This document shows, piece by piece, positions 16,387 through 24,537 of a stretch of 45,246 nt of DNA. This DNA comes from an uncultured Candidatus Saccharibacteria bacterium (GTDB lineage: Bacteria; Patescibacteriota; Saccharimonadia; Saccharimonadales; CAIOMD01): contig CAZIHK010000010.1 of the NCBI GenBank assembly GCA_964539035.1, forward strand, positions 1 through 45,246. Direction: 5' to 3'. The notes beneath the pieces were generated by a model, which saw only the letters and a program-made list of their open reading frames with translations, did no database searches and was not told the DNA's origin. Position numbers and translations under genes: made by a program. Each line of letters begins with the position of its first letter. Within the stretch, counting starts at the first letter, position 1.

Positions 16387-17292
16387 CTAAAGAGCTTTGA
16401 ACAAAAGCTCTGTTTTAGTAATTATCGGTTTATTTAACCATTCTATACCAATATCAAAGTCTTTTTGATAGCTTTTGTCGTAAAGTTCAGTGATCTCTTT
16501 TTTCAAATTCACTAAATTACGGTCTCTCGCTTGCCACTTACTGTTCTCGAATATTTTATATCCCTTAGAGGCAAAAACATCCAATTGCAGATTTCGTAGT
16601 TTTGAAATAACAATAGATTCTATTGTCGTAACAATAAGTTGATGGCTTAAGACTTCTAAATCATCTATAGTTTTATCATTTTGCTGTAATTTTAGAATTC
16701 TTGCCAATTCTTGAGAATAACTATCAATGCTGATTCTTTCTAGTCTCTTAGTCTTTTCGCTTAAATCCTCGACGAATTCTAACAACTCTTTAGTTGGCTC
16801 AATCACTAGCTCTATCTGTTCTGCAGAGATTATAAGTTTATCTCGCTGGTCTTTGGCTAAATTGGCTAACTCATCCTTTTGAGCCCCCAATTTGTAAAAA
16901 GCAAGTTGTTTGCGCCCTGCAACATATTTTAGCGGGAAGCCAGTAATCTCGTCGCCACTGATAATAGCGTCAGTATACAAACCATAATCGACTCGGTAAT
17001 CTAAGGGCTTTTTTATTATAAAAATTTTACCTACCTCTTCTTTGTTTCGTGATGTTTCGCTTTCGCTAAAATGTTTATTTTCGCCCATAGCCCACCTTAA
17101 TGAATGGGCTAAGTCTGTAGAAATAGTGGCTCTACCTTCTCGAGCCGTAAAACCTGCATCTTTTATGTTTTCGGCGTTTGCTAAAGAGGCTGTACCATGT
17201 AGGAAATACTTAACACTGGCTAGAGATTCATCCCCATCGGATGAAATCAATCGTTCGTCATAAAGTATTTCGTGATTTTTAGATTGCTCCAT
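16387..17292 (-). CDS. Hypothetical protein (301 aa); N-terminal domain with HGT motif (possible ART-fold), helical C-terminus
   Basis: YFLHGTASLANAENIKDAGFTAREGRATISTDLAHSLRWA resembles the hHGT....I...GF...R..v.lS motif of Tpt1/KptA- and PARP-type NAD-binding folds. By-eye only. Confidence 0.3.
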   Translation of the reverse strand: MEQSKNHEILYDERLISSDGDESLASVKYFLHGTASLANAENIKDAGFTAREGRATISTDLAHSLRWAMGENKHFSESETSRNKEEVGKIFIIKKPLDYRVDYGLYTDAIISGDEITGFPLKYVAGRKQLAFYKLGAQKDELANLAKDQRDKLIISAEQIELVIEPTKELLEFVEDLSEKTKRLERISIDSYSQELARILKLQQNDKTIDDLEVLSHQLIVTTIESIVISKLRNLQLDVFASKGYKIFENSKWQARDRNLVNLKKEITELYDKSYQKDFDIGIEWLNKPIITKTELLFKAL

Positions 17293-17342
17293 ACAAGTTA
17301 GCTCTTACGATATTTAACAGTTTAATTTAATATTTTATTTAT

Positions 17343-17585
17343 CTAAATTATCTTGATTTTTTGTATAGCCAAAGTAGATAGCAAAAGCGTACTTGGCAGG
17401 ATCAAAGCGCTAAACCAAGGTTTGCTGGCATTTAGCCAGGCAAGAAATAGTCCTGCAAACAGATAGGTAATCACAAAAATTATTGATTTTCGGGTTTTAC
17501 TAAGCTCCCATGCCTTATCGGCAGTAACTTTTTTGTTGCGCAATTCTATTTTTGCTATGCGCTTTTCGAGCTCAATATTATTCAT
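17343..17585 (-). CDS. Small membrane protein (80 aa): N-terminal helix plus two TM segments
   Basis: ELEKRIAKIELRNKKVTADKAWE followed by two hydrophobic stretches. Confidence 0.55.
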   Translation of the reverse strand: MNNIELEKRIAKIELRNKKVTADKAWELSKTRKSIIFVITYLFAGLFLAWLNASKPWFSALILPSTLLLSTLAIQKIKII

Positions 17586-17603
17586 ACTATAATGTTTTGT
17601 CTG

Positions 17604-18320
17604 TTAACTGTTATTAAAAAAATTGGAATAGTCTGATTCAATATCAATTTCTTGTAATTTTAGATTAGATGTTTTAACCCCAAAAACATCATCATAAGAG
17701 TTGTCATAACAACCATCCAATAAATTATCCATACTAAATAAGTAGCAAGATAATTTTTTGCAAATTTCATATTGTTTTTGTTCGTAATCTATACTAGAAT
17801 CGTTTTTTTCATCAATGATTGGTGGTCCCATTGTGAAATCAGAAAAATCATTGTAAGCAGAAAAATCATGGTAAGCTATAAACATATTAGCTATATCTGG
17901 GTCGCAAAAACCTACGGGCTGGCTAAGCTGGCTAAAAAAGACTGGCCCACCAAAGACTGTTGATATCATTAAATCAAATGGGGTTCTGGTTTCTTGTGGA
18001 GCTAGAATTATGTCCTGATTGGTGGCCATATTAGTGTTTGGCGAAACTAAACACACATTAGCTTCACAATATTCTTCATCAGCAAACGTTACCAAAGCTA
18101 ACTGCTTTAAGATGTTTCGTTTGTCCACCGAGCAATTTTTACAATCGGGGTGTACGTCAACATAGCAAATATCTCCAAAAATAGGAGGATGCAAAAGGGG
18201 CGAAGGATTTAAATCTAGCGACTGCCAACTGTCATTGGCGGGAGTAAACAAACCATCTTGCTTAACCCATCTATAGCCGTCTAGCTCCCATTTCTCATTT
18301 GCGTTAAATTGTTCTTTCAT
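17604..18320 (-). CDS. Hypothetical protein, island family A copy 1 (238 aa)
   Basis: Shares WELDGYRW..QdG.F.PA...WQSLDL.P, GD.CY...HPDC, AN..LVS, IIL.P.ETR.PFD, VFF.QLS.PVGF with 18329..19000 and 19734..20564. Confidence 0.65.
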   Translation of the reverse strand: MKEQFNANEKWELDGYRWVKQDGLFTPANDSWQSLDLNPSPLLHPPIFGDICYVDVHPDCKNCSVDKRNILKQLALVTFADEEYCEANVCLVSPNTNMATNQDIILAPQETRTPFDLMISTVFGGPVFFSQLSQPVGFCDPDIANMFIAYHDFSAYNDFSDFTMGPPIIDEKNDSSIDYEQKQYEICKKLSCYLFSMDNLLDGCYDNSYDDVFGVKTSNLKLQEIDIESDYSNFFNNS

Positions 18321-18328
18321 AAAAGAGG

Positions 18329-19000
18329 CTATATTCCATTATCATCGTTAAATATTTGTTTGCTAACACAATAACAACTTAGTTTACTTACAATATCGCA
18401 ATGCTTTGATATTAGTTCTTGTCGCGAGTCCTTATGGTCTAGAATAGGGTTGCTTCTTTTTTCTTTAGGAAAGTCAGGTGCAAATCCTAGAGTACTTAGG
18501 GCCAATTTATCAATATTTTCTTGATCAATATATCCGACTGGCATACTTAGTTGATTATAATAAACTGTTCCACAACTTATCAGTTCGATTGCAATATCAA
18601 AAGGAATTCTTGCATCTTTTGAGTCTAGAATTACATCTCGGGAAACAGCCATATCTGTTTGATTAGTGGCTAGCATGAAGTTTGCCAAACCTTCTTCTTC
18701 ATAAACCATAAGAACACAACCAAGTTGTTTTTCGCTGACTTGGCACTTACTTAATAAGCAATCTGGGTGTTGGCTCAGATAGCAAAAATCACCCGGCCAG
18801 GGGACTTCTGTAATTGATACTGGCGATAAATCCAAGGGTTGCCATTCTTTGTCGGCTGGTACAAAAATACCGTTTTGGCGCATCCAGCGGTAGCCGTCTT
18901 CTGGCTCCCATCTCTCTATTAATTCATGATTATTATTTTTCGCTACATCATCGTTGTTTATATTGTAATTTTCCAAATTATTAGCATTATATTTTTCCAT
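18329..19000 (-). CDS. Hypothetical protein, island family A copy 2 (223 aa)
   Basis: Family A motifs as above. AAGGA SD. Confidence 0.65.
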   Translation of the reverse strand: MEKYNANNLENYNINNDDVAKNNNHELIERWEPEDGYRWMRQNGIFVPADKEWQPLDLSPVSITEVPWPGDFCYLSQHPDCLLSKCQVSEKQLGCVLMVYEEEGLANFMLATNQTDMAVSRDVILDSKDARIPFDIAIELISCGTVYYNQLSMPVGYIDQENIDKLALSTLGFAPDFPKEKRSNPILDHKDSRQELISKHCDIVSKLSCYCVSKQIFNDDNGI

Positions 19001-19014
19001 GGCTAAGTCCTTAA

Positions 19015-19722
19015 TTATTTAGCAGAATCGTTTTCATTTTCGATAATGATTTTGGGGTGTGGTAAATCCCAACCAGTGTGGCCTGTCCAATCCATATCGA
19101 TTCGATGAGAGTGCGTGTTTTTAGGTTCTATAAGTGTATTTATCCATGATACTTTTTCACATAAATCATGTGCGCAATCATGGCAAATAATAGCTGTACA
19201 TTGATCTAGCCTGCCTTTTTTAACCCAATCGCTGGTATCTAATCTGTCTTCTTCGAATAACCATTCTTGTGGAAACGGATCGACGAACATGCTATAACCA
19301 CCAGCCATGTTAACTATCAAAGCGTTATTGTACTGTACGCTACCTTTTTTAAACTGATTGGGAAATACAGGCTCTAGCTCTTTTTGACAAACAAAACATT
19401 GGTGAATATTTTCGTTTATCAATTCCGGGTTTTCTTGGTGGTGTTCATGTTCACAACCACAATAACTACCAGTAATGGCGTCAATTCTTTTTTCATCAAG
19501 TTCTTCGCGATAGGCGTTACTTTGTTCGTTGTAGATTCCTACCACAGTACTCCAAAACAATTCATTTTCTTTCGTGTCTTCCATCAACGTATCGCTATTC
19601 CACATTTCTTCGGCGGCATCGTAATCAGGGGCTAAATCACCGTCAATAATACATTTTAGCCAAAAAGCTTCACTCTCGGCTTCTATATAGTCATATCTTT
19701 GACTGTCTTTAAATTGTTCCAT
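19015..19722 (-). CDS. Hypothetical Cys/His-rich protein, island family B copy 1 (235 aa)
   Basis: Paralog of 20579..21289. Motifs: PDY..A.EMW.SD, HQCFVCQKELEPVFP, QYNNALI..GGY.MF.DP, AIICHDCAHDLC. AAGGAG SD. Confidence 0.65.
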   Translation of the reverse strand: MEQFKDSQRYDYIEAESEAFWLKCIIDGDLAPDYDAAEEMWNSDTLMEDTKENELFWSTVVGIYNEQSNAYREELDEKRIDAITGSYCGCEHEHHQENPELINENIHQCFVCQKELEPVFPNQFKKGSVQYNNALIVNMAGGYSMFVDPFPQEWLFEEDRLDTSDWVKKGRLDQCTAIICHDCAHDLCEKVSWINTLIEPKNTHSHRIDMDWTGHTGWDLPHPKIIIENENDSAK

Positions 19723-19733
19723 CTCTTATCTCC

Positions 19734-20564
19734 TTATTCTATTATCGATTTATTATCAATTTCGTTGTCGGCATCAAACAAAGTTCTGTTTAAACAGTAG
19801 CAGTATAACTTTTTCATTACATCCATTCGATGCAGTATTCTATCCCGTCGTGGATCTTCGTGGTCTATTATGGGTTCACCTCTTTTTTCTTTCGGAAAAT
19901 CAAGCTCACCACCCATGTAAGTGCTCTCATTTATTTTGTCGATAATATCTTGATTGGTATATCCTACTGGTTTACTCAGTTGATCAAAAAATACAGGGCC
20001 GCAAACTTGTTCAATCATCACATCAAAAGGTATTCTGGTTTCGTCGGGGCTAAGGATAACATCATCCGGACCCGCCATATCAAGTTTTCTTGACACAAGC
20101 ATAACATTTGCAAACTCTCCTTCCTCATCAACTAGATGTAAATAGGCAAGTTGCTTTTCATCGGTATGGCAATCTGGCATTTTACAACCCGGGTGCTGGG
20201 AAAGGTAACAAAAATCACCAGGCCAAGGGGTTTCCGTGGGTGAAAGAGGTGATAAATCTAATGATTGCCAATACTCATCGGCCGGTACAAACCTGCCATT
20301 TTGAAGCACCCACTTATAACCGTCATCTGCTTGCCATTTGTCTAGCGAATCAAGTTCTACTGTTTTTTTTGGTTTAAGCCTAAAGTTGGGCAACATATCC
20401 TCGGGTTTTTCTAGCAATTGCTCAGCTCTCTCTAGCATACCCAAATATTGATGCGCATCCTTGTAACCTTCGGCTTCGCCAGTTGCGATGAAACCTTTCA
20501 ATCTATCAGATTCTGTTTGAGCTTCATCCAAACTGTATCTTTGAATATCGTTATTATTTTCCAT
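19734..20564 (-). CDS. Hypothetical protein, island family A copy 3 with extra N-terminal module (276 aa)
   Basis: Family A core plus an N-terminal ~45 aa (QRYSLDEAQTESDRLKGFIATGEAEGYKDAH) shared with family B and the 117-aa ORF. AAGGAG SD. Confidence 0.65.
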   Translation of the reverse strand: MENNNDIQRYSLDEAQTESDRLKGFIATGEAEGYKDAHQYLGMLERAEQLLEKPEDMLPNFRLKPKKTVELDSLDKWQADDGYKWVLQNGRFVPADEYWQSLDLSPLSPTETPWPGDFCYLSQHPGCKMPDCHTDEKQLAYLHLVDEEGEFANVMLVSRKLDMAGPDDVILSPDETRIPFDVMIEQVCGPVFFDQLSKPVGYTNQDIIDKINESTYMGGELDFPKEKRGEPIIDHEDPRRDRILHRMDVMKKLYCYCLNRTLFDADNEIDNKSIIE

Positions 20565-20578
20565 AATTTTCTCCTTAA

Positions 20579-21289
20579 TTATTCTTCTGGAGAACCATCA
20601 AAAATTTCATATTCACCGTCAATCTCATCATTGTTCGATAGACCACAACCCTTATGTTCATCCAAATTATTTTCGTATCCAAAAGTATCCGAATAATCAG
20701 GGTTTATGAATCTGTCCATCCATGGTATTTGTTTGCAAAGATCATGCGCACAGTCCTGGCATATGATTGCCGAATACTCGTTTTCTATCAAGCCATTATT
20801 TAAGATTTCCTTGGGTTCCATATCTTCTATCAATATTGGATCAATATACATGCCATAACCTCCATCGATGTCGATTATTAAAGCATTTTCGTATTGTGTG
20901 CACTTTTTATTGAAATGAAAAACATCAGGAAACACAGGTATGAGCTCTGTGTGGCAAGCAAAACAATGGTGATAACTTTCATGCAGTTTATCACGATGTT
21001 CCTTAAGCCAATTAGCCTGATACTCATTTATATATTTATCACGTAGGTCAATGACTGTTCTCCAAAAAAATGCATTTTGATCGGTATCTTCTAGTAGTCG
21101 ATCACTGCCCCACATTTCATCAGCTGATTCGTAGTCAGGTGAAAAACCACTGTCAACCATACTCCTTAGCAATACTGCTTCATCTTCGGCTTGCTCTTTG
21201 CCAAGTCTGGCCGGATACTTATTTTCTTTCTGAGGGCTTTTAATATTGTTAATATCGTTATCCCAATTGTCTTCATAATTCTTTTTCAT
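20579..21289 (-). CDS. Hypothetical Cys/His-rich protein, island family B copy 2 (236 aa)
   Basis: HHCFACHTELIPVFP, QYENALI..GGYGMY.DP, AIICQDCAHDLC. AAGGAG SD. Confidence 0.65.
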   Translation of the reverse strand: MKKNYEDNWDNDINNIKSPQKENKYPARLGKEQAEDEAVLLRSMVDSGFSPDYESADEMWGSDRLLEDTDQNAFFWRTVIDLRDKYINEYQANWLKEHRDKLHESYHHCFACHTELIPVFPDVFHFNKKCTQYENALIIDIDGGYGMYIDPILIEDMEPKEILNNGLIENEYSAIICQDCAHDLCKQIPWMDRFINPDYSDTFGYENNLDEHKGCGLSNNDEIDGEYEIFDGSPEE

Positions 21290-21342
21290 CTTATCGTCTC
21301 CTTGTATTTAAAAAATTTGCGATAATTAGCGCTACTGTTCTC

Positions 21343-21696
21343 TTAGCCTTCTGGGCCATAATCAATTTGGAACTCTTTTCCGATACCGTGGTGTTGAATA
21401 TCGATTTTTTCCCAAATACCAAGATCATCTTGCTCTGGTGCTGGGGTTTCTATTACGCCAGTGAAAACGTCCCAGTCGTATTCATTCCAGTTCCATTCTT
21501 TCCACATGTGCTTATCCATTTCTTGCATCACTTTTTCGAAGCAAGAAGCCCAGCCGGCATCAACGATTCTTAAAAATTTAGCATGTGCTGATTTATAATC
21601 TTCGGCATAGTTATTCTTTACACAATCTTTAATTGCTTCAGCTTCTAGCTGTGCGGCTTCTATCCCTAATCTTTGGCAATCTATATATTCTTTCAT
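21343..21696 (-). CDS. Hypothetical protein (117 aa) carrying the shared N-terminal module
   Basis: CQRLGIEAAQLEAEAIKDCVKNNYAEDYKSAH aligns with the N-termini of 19015..19722, 19734..20564 and 20579..21289. W-rich C-terminus. Confidence 0.6.
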   Translation of the reverse strand: MKEYIDCQRLGIEAAQLEAEAIKDCVKNNYAEDYKSAHAKFLRIVDAGWASCFEKVMQEMDKHMWKEWNWNEYDWDVFTGVIETPAPEQDDLGIWEKIDIQHHGIGKEFQIDYGPEG

Positions 21697-21717
21697 TTTA
21701 ATTAACCTCTCGTGGCC

Positions 21718-22542
21718 TTAATTATTATTTAAAAATCGGTGTAATTTTTGTTCGGTTTCACTGTCAACCAAATTATCTTTAATGATTATGTATTCTGCCT
21801 TAAAGCCATAGCCTCTTAAAATATCCAGTACTTCTTCTTGTGAATCCTTGTTATTTTGCAGGTCTTCTTGCAATAGCTCGAATATTTCAGACTTATTATC
21901 GTCCAACCAAAGAATTGGACTGTTTCCTATATATTGAACGAGTAGCATTGTTTTAATACTTTTGTTAAATGTTGATTCACCTATCACGCTAACGGGTTGG
22001 ACGTCGGTAAGCGGAACTTTTGAAATTTTTGTTCCATTTTCATTGTCTTCCATGCAATCTGATTCATAAATATAGTCGTCATCTAGGTCATGAAATACCT
22101 CTGCCCTAGTGAATCTAGCTGAACTATTAATTACTAAATCATTTGCTGAAGGTACAATTATAGGTAGTTGAACCATAGCGCTTCTGGCCTCGGGATCTCG
22201 TGGTGAAAATAGATAGTTAAATAAATAGCTTGGGTGAAAATGTATGTCTATCACAACATCAAAATTATCTGGATCTATGTCATTATCGTATAAGTCTGAT
22301 TGATAAATACTACCTAAAAACATTCCTTTGATATGATTGGTACCACAAGCACTAATACTTTCAGTATTTCCGCTTTTTCTATCTTTTACAACGAAAAAAC
22401 CACTCTCATTACCTTCTTCTTTGTCAGTGAAGTTTGTACAAAAATCCCAACTACGAATAAATTCTCTCGAAGTAATTATTTGCTTTAACTCCTCAGCTGT
22501 TAGTTCCTCGTTGTTGTGAGATAACATCTCATGATTTCCCAT
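21718..22542 (-). CDS. Hypothetical protein (274 aa) with possible JAB/MPN (JAMM)-like motif; first gene of operon 3
   Basis: NESGFFVV ... IDIHFHPSYLFNYLFSPRD approximates E...HxH-x(7-10)-SxxD of JAMM/RadC-type metallopeptidases (spacing is 9, not 7). AAGGA SD. Confidence 0.35.
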   Translation of the reverse strand: MGNHEMLSHNNEELTAEELKQIITSREFIRSWDFCTNFTDKEEGNESGFFVVKDRKSGNTESISACGTNHIKGMFLGSIYQSDLYDNDIDPDNFDVVIDIHFHPSYLFNYLFSPRDPEARSAMVQLPIIVPSANDLVINSSARFTRAEVFHDLDDDYIYESDCMEDNENGTKISKVPLTDVQPVSVIGESTFNKSIKTMLLVQYIGNSPILWLDDNKSEIFELLQEDLQNNKDSQEEVLDILRGYGFKAEYIIIKDNLVDSETEQKLHRFLNNN

Positions 22543-22726
22543 AATTATATCCTTAAATTATCCCTTTCGCTCTTAAATTGAGCTCATCGGTACAGCAAAG
22601 TAGCTGTAGAGGGAGGCGCAAAGCGCTTTGGGTGATAAACCCTAAGTGCTTTTACGTGCTCTTACATTTGTTGATGGCTAAAACTATTGCCCCAAAGGTA
22701 CTTGTCCAAAATTGGACACGGCCATA

Positions 22727-22755
22727 ATAATATTACATAATTGTATTAATGTCAA
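22727..22755 (-). promoter_or_regulatory. Putative promoter for operon 3 (minus strand)
   Basis: Minus-strand TTGACA (rc 22750..22755), 17 nt, TATTAT (rc 22727..22732). Confidence 0.45.
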
Positions 22756-22818
22756 TGATGAGTTATAATAAATATTAGTTAATAAATAGATATAGAATCT
22801 AATAATGACAAAACAAAT

Positions 22819-22847
22819 TTGACATATTAAGATAGATATGTAATCAT
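22819..22847 (+). promoter_or_regulatory. Putative promoter of TrmB paralog 3
   Basis: TTGACA 22819..22824, a 16-17 nt spacer, TAATCA/AATCAT. The ATG at 22855 follows 7 nt later. Confidence 0.4.
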
Positions 22848-22854
22848 TAAATCT

Positions 22855-23601
22855 ATGATAAAAGAAGCTTTATTAGAACAAGCAGGTCTTAACCAGAGCG
22901 AAGTAAAGGTATATAAACGACTGCTAGAATATGGCGAGCTTGCCCCACCTAGATTATCTGAACTAACAGGCCTGGCACGCCAAAACACCTATGCAGCACT
23001 AAAAACATTAACAAAAAAAGAGCTGATTGAGGTCGTATCACGCAGGAAAAAGCTTGCCTATCAGGTGCAACATCCCAATAAACTGGTCGAACTGGTCGAT
23101 AAACAGATAGATGAGTCTAAAATGGTCCAAAAATCCCTAAAAGCCAACATGCCAGAATTAATAAGTTTATTTAGTTTGGCTAGCAGCAAGCCCGGCATTA
23201 TTTATTTTGATGGGCTGGAAAGTATTAAAAATATATATTTAGATGGCTTAAGGTCTAAACCAGAAGAAGTATTGGTATTTAGGTCTACGCACGACGATGA
23301 TAAACTCGGGGTTTTTTTGACAAGTTTTAAGAAGCGCAGAGCTCTTAACGGCACAAAAACTAAAATGATTTCGCAAACGATACCCACCAAAGAGAAAATA
23401 GAAGAAGATAAACAACTACTCATACAACGAAAGTACGTACCTGACGATATTTTTCACCTAGATACTGAAATTGCAATTGCAGATAATCAAGTTTCTTTTA
23501 TAACTTTCGATAAGCAAATTAAAGGGTTTGTTATAACAAGTAAAGAGGTGGCACAGACTCTGCGAACAATTTTTGAGAGTCTCTGGGTAGCTGAATTTTA
23601 A
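22855..23601 (+). CDS. TrmB-family wHTH transcriptional regulator, paralog 3
   Basis: GLNQSEVKVYKRLLEYGELAPPRLSELTGLARQNTYAALKTLTKKELIE. Confidence 0.75.
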   Translation: MIKEALLEQAGLNQSEVKVYKRLLEYGELAPPRLSELTGLARQNTYAALKTLTKKELIEVVSRRKKLAYQVQHPNKLVELVDKQIDESKMVQKSLKANMPELISLFSLASSKPGIIYFDGLESIKNIYLDGLRSKPEEVLVFRSTHDDDKLGVFLTSFKKRRALNGTKTKMISQTIPTKEKIEEDKQLLIQRKYVPDDIFHLDTEIAIADNQVSFITFDKQIKGFVITSKEVAQTLRTIFESLWVAEF

Positions 23602-23608
23602 TAATATT

Positions 23609-23649
23609 AAAAACCCTCTGCAAATTTTGTAAAAATGCAGAGGGTTTTT
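23609..23649. terminator. Bidirectional intrinsic terminator
   Basis: AAAAACCCTCTGCA-N13-TGCAGAGGGTTTTT, a perfect 14-bp stem flanked by A and T runs, between convergent genes ending at 23601 (+) and 23690 (-). Confidence 0.75.
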
Positions 23650-23689
23650 ATTGCTTAATTGTCAGTTAAGCCAAAGCCACAAGTATGGC

Positions 23690-24214
23690 TTAGACTTCTA
23701 AGCTTACTTCTTGGCTAACAACCCATCTTGCAAGGTTAGCATAGATACCTGCATATACATTTGATTCATGCTCACCTTCTGCGAACTGAATCCTCCAGGT
23801 ACCGTCACTATTCTTTGTGGCTCTTATGGTTGCACCACTAGTGGCACTTTGCCATTCGAAAGATTCAGCATCATCAGGACTAAACTCGGCATAGGTAGAA
23901 ATACCATGGCCAATATGACGTGTTGGCTCACCAACCCAATCTCTTCCACCCATAGAATGAGTTGCAATATATACTCTGTCTGGCGATGCTATCTGATCTG
24001 GGTTTGTTATACCGTAATCTCTGGCTCTTTCTTCTTGTAGCGGCAAAGAATTGCATAAGCTATGAGATATCGTTACAACGTTTTGCCAATTTACGTCCAA
24101 TCCGTCTGGATGCATTTGTTGAGCGAATAAAAATGGTGATTCATATTCCTCACTTTCGTCACGGTATTCACCCAACCCTTCGGCGATTACAGTTTGTTTA
24201 TCTAAGTAATTCAT
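23690..24214 (-). CDS. Hypothetical protein, island family C copy 2 (174 aa)
   Basis: Paralog of 6251..6778 (motifs listed there). AAGGAG SD. Monocistronic, between the terminator and the divergent promoter region. Confidence 0.65.
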   Translation of the reverse strand: MNYLDKQTVIAEGLGEYRDESEEYESPFLFAQQMHPDGLDVNWQNVVTISHSLCNSLPLQEERARDYGITNPDQIASPDRVYIATHSMGGRDWVGEPTRHIGHGISTYAEFSPDDAESFEWQSATSGATIRATKNSDGTWRIQFAEGEHESNVYAGIYANLARWVVSQEVSLEV

Positions 24215-24259
24215 TATTACTTTTCTCCTTATTTGGTATTACTCTATAAATTATTTTAT

Positions 24260-24332
24260 AAAGCTCCTTAGGGCGGATCAGTCGGCTCCGACCTAAGGAG
24301 CTTTATACGGGTTAGAGCATGCCCAACCCGTA
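24260..24332. repeat. Hairpin element related to 7558..7625 and 9081..9148, plus a second hairpin
   Basis: AAAGCTCCTTAGG-N19-CCTAAGGAGCTTT (24260..24304). It begins with the same aaagctcc[a/t]tagg as the other copies and is followed by TACGGGTT-N11-AACCCGTA (24306..24332). Confidence 0.55.
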
Positions 24333-24449
24333 TATCGCATATATTCTTTTTAATGTTCACTAAGCGTTGTTGGTACCAGCTCAATTGTTTTTTGTTTTAA
24401 TGTTTTGTTTTTCCCGCTCGAGTTCTATGTGCTCGTTCGGGACAAATGC

Positions 24450-24478
24450 AGTATGCCATAAAATATATTATATGTCAA
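24450..24478 (-). promoter_or_regulatory. Putative promoter for family C copy 2 (minus strand)
   Basis: Minus-strand TTGACA (rc 24473..24478) within tATGTCAATa, 17 nt, CATACT (rc 24450..24455). Confidence 0.4.
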
Positions 24479-24517
24479 TACTTATCAGGATATAGTAACT
24501 AGTAACAGATGATATAA

Positions 24518-24537
24518 TGTCAATAAAGGATTGACAA
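24518..24537. promoter_or_regulatory. Perfect inverted repeat TGTCAAT-N6-ATTGACA (candidate operator)
   Basis: tgtcaat aaagga attgaca. The right arm is the -35 of the TrmB paralog 4 promoter. Confidence 0.45.
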
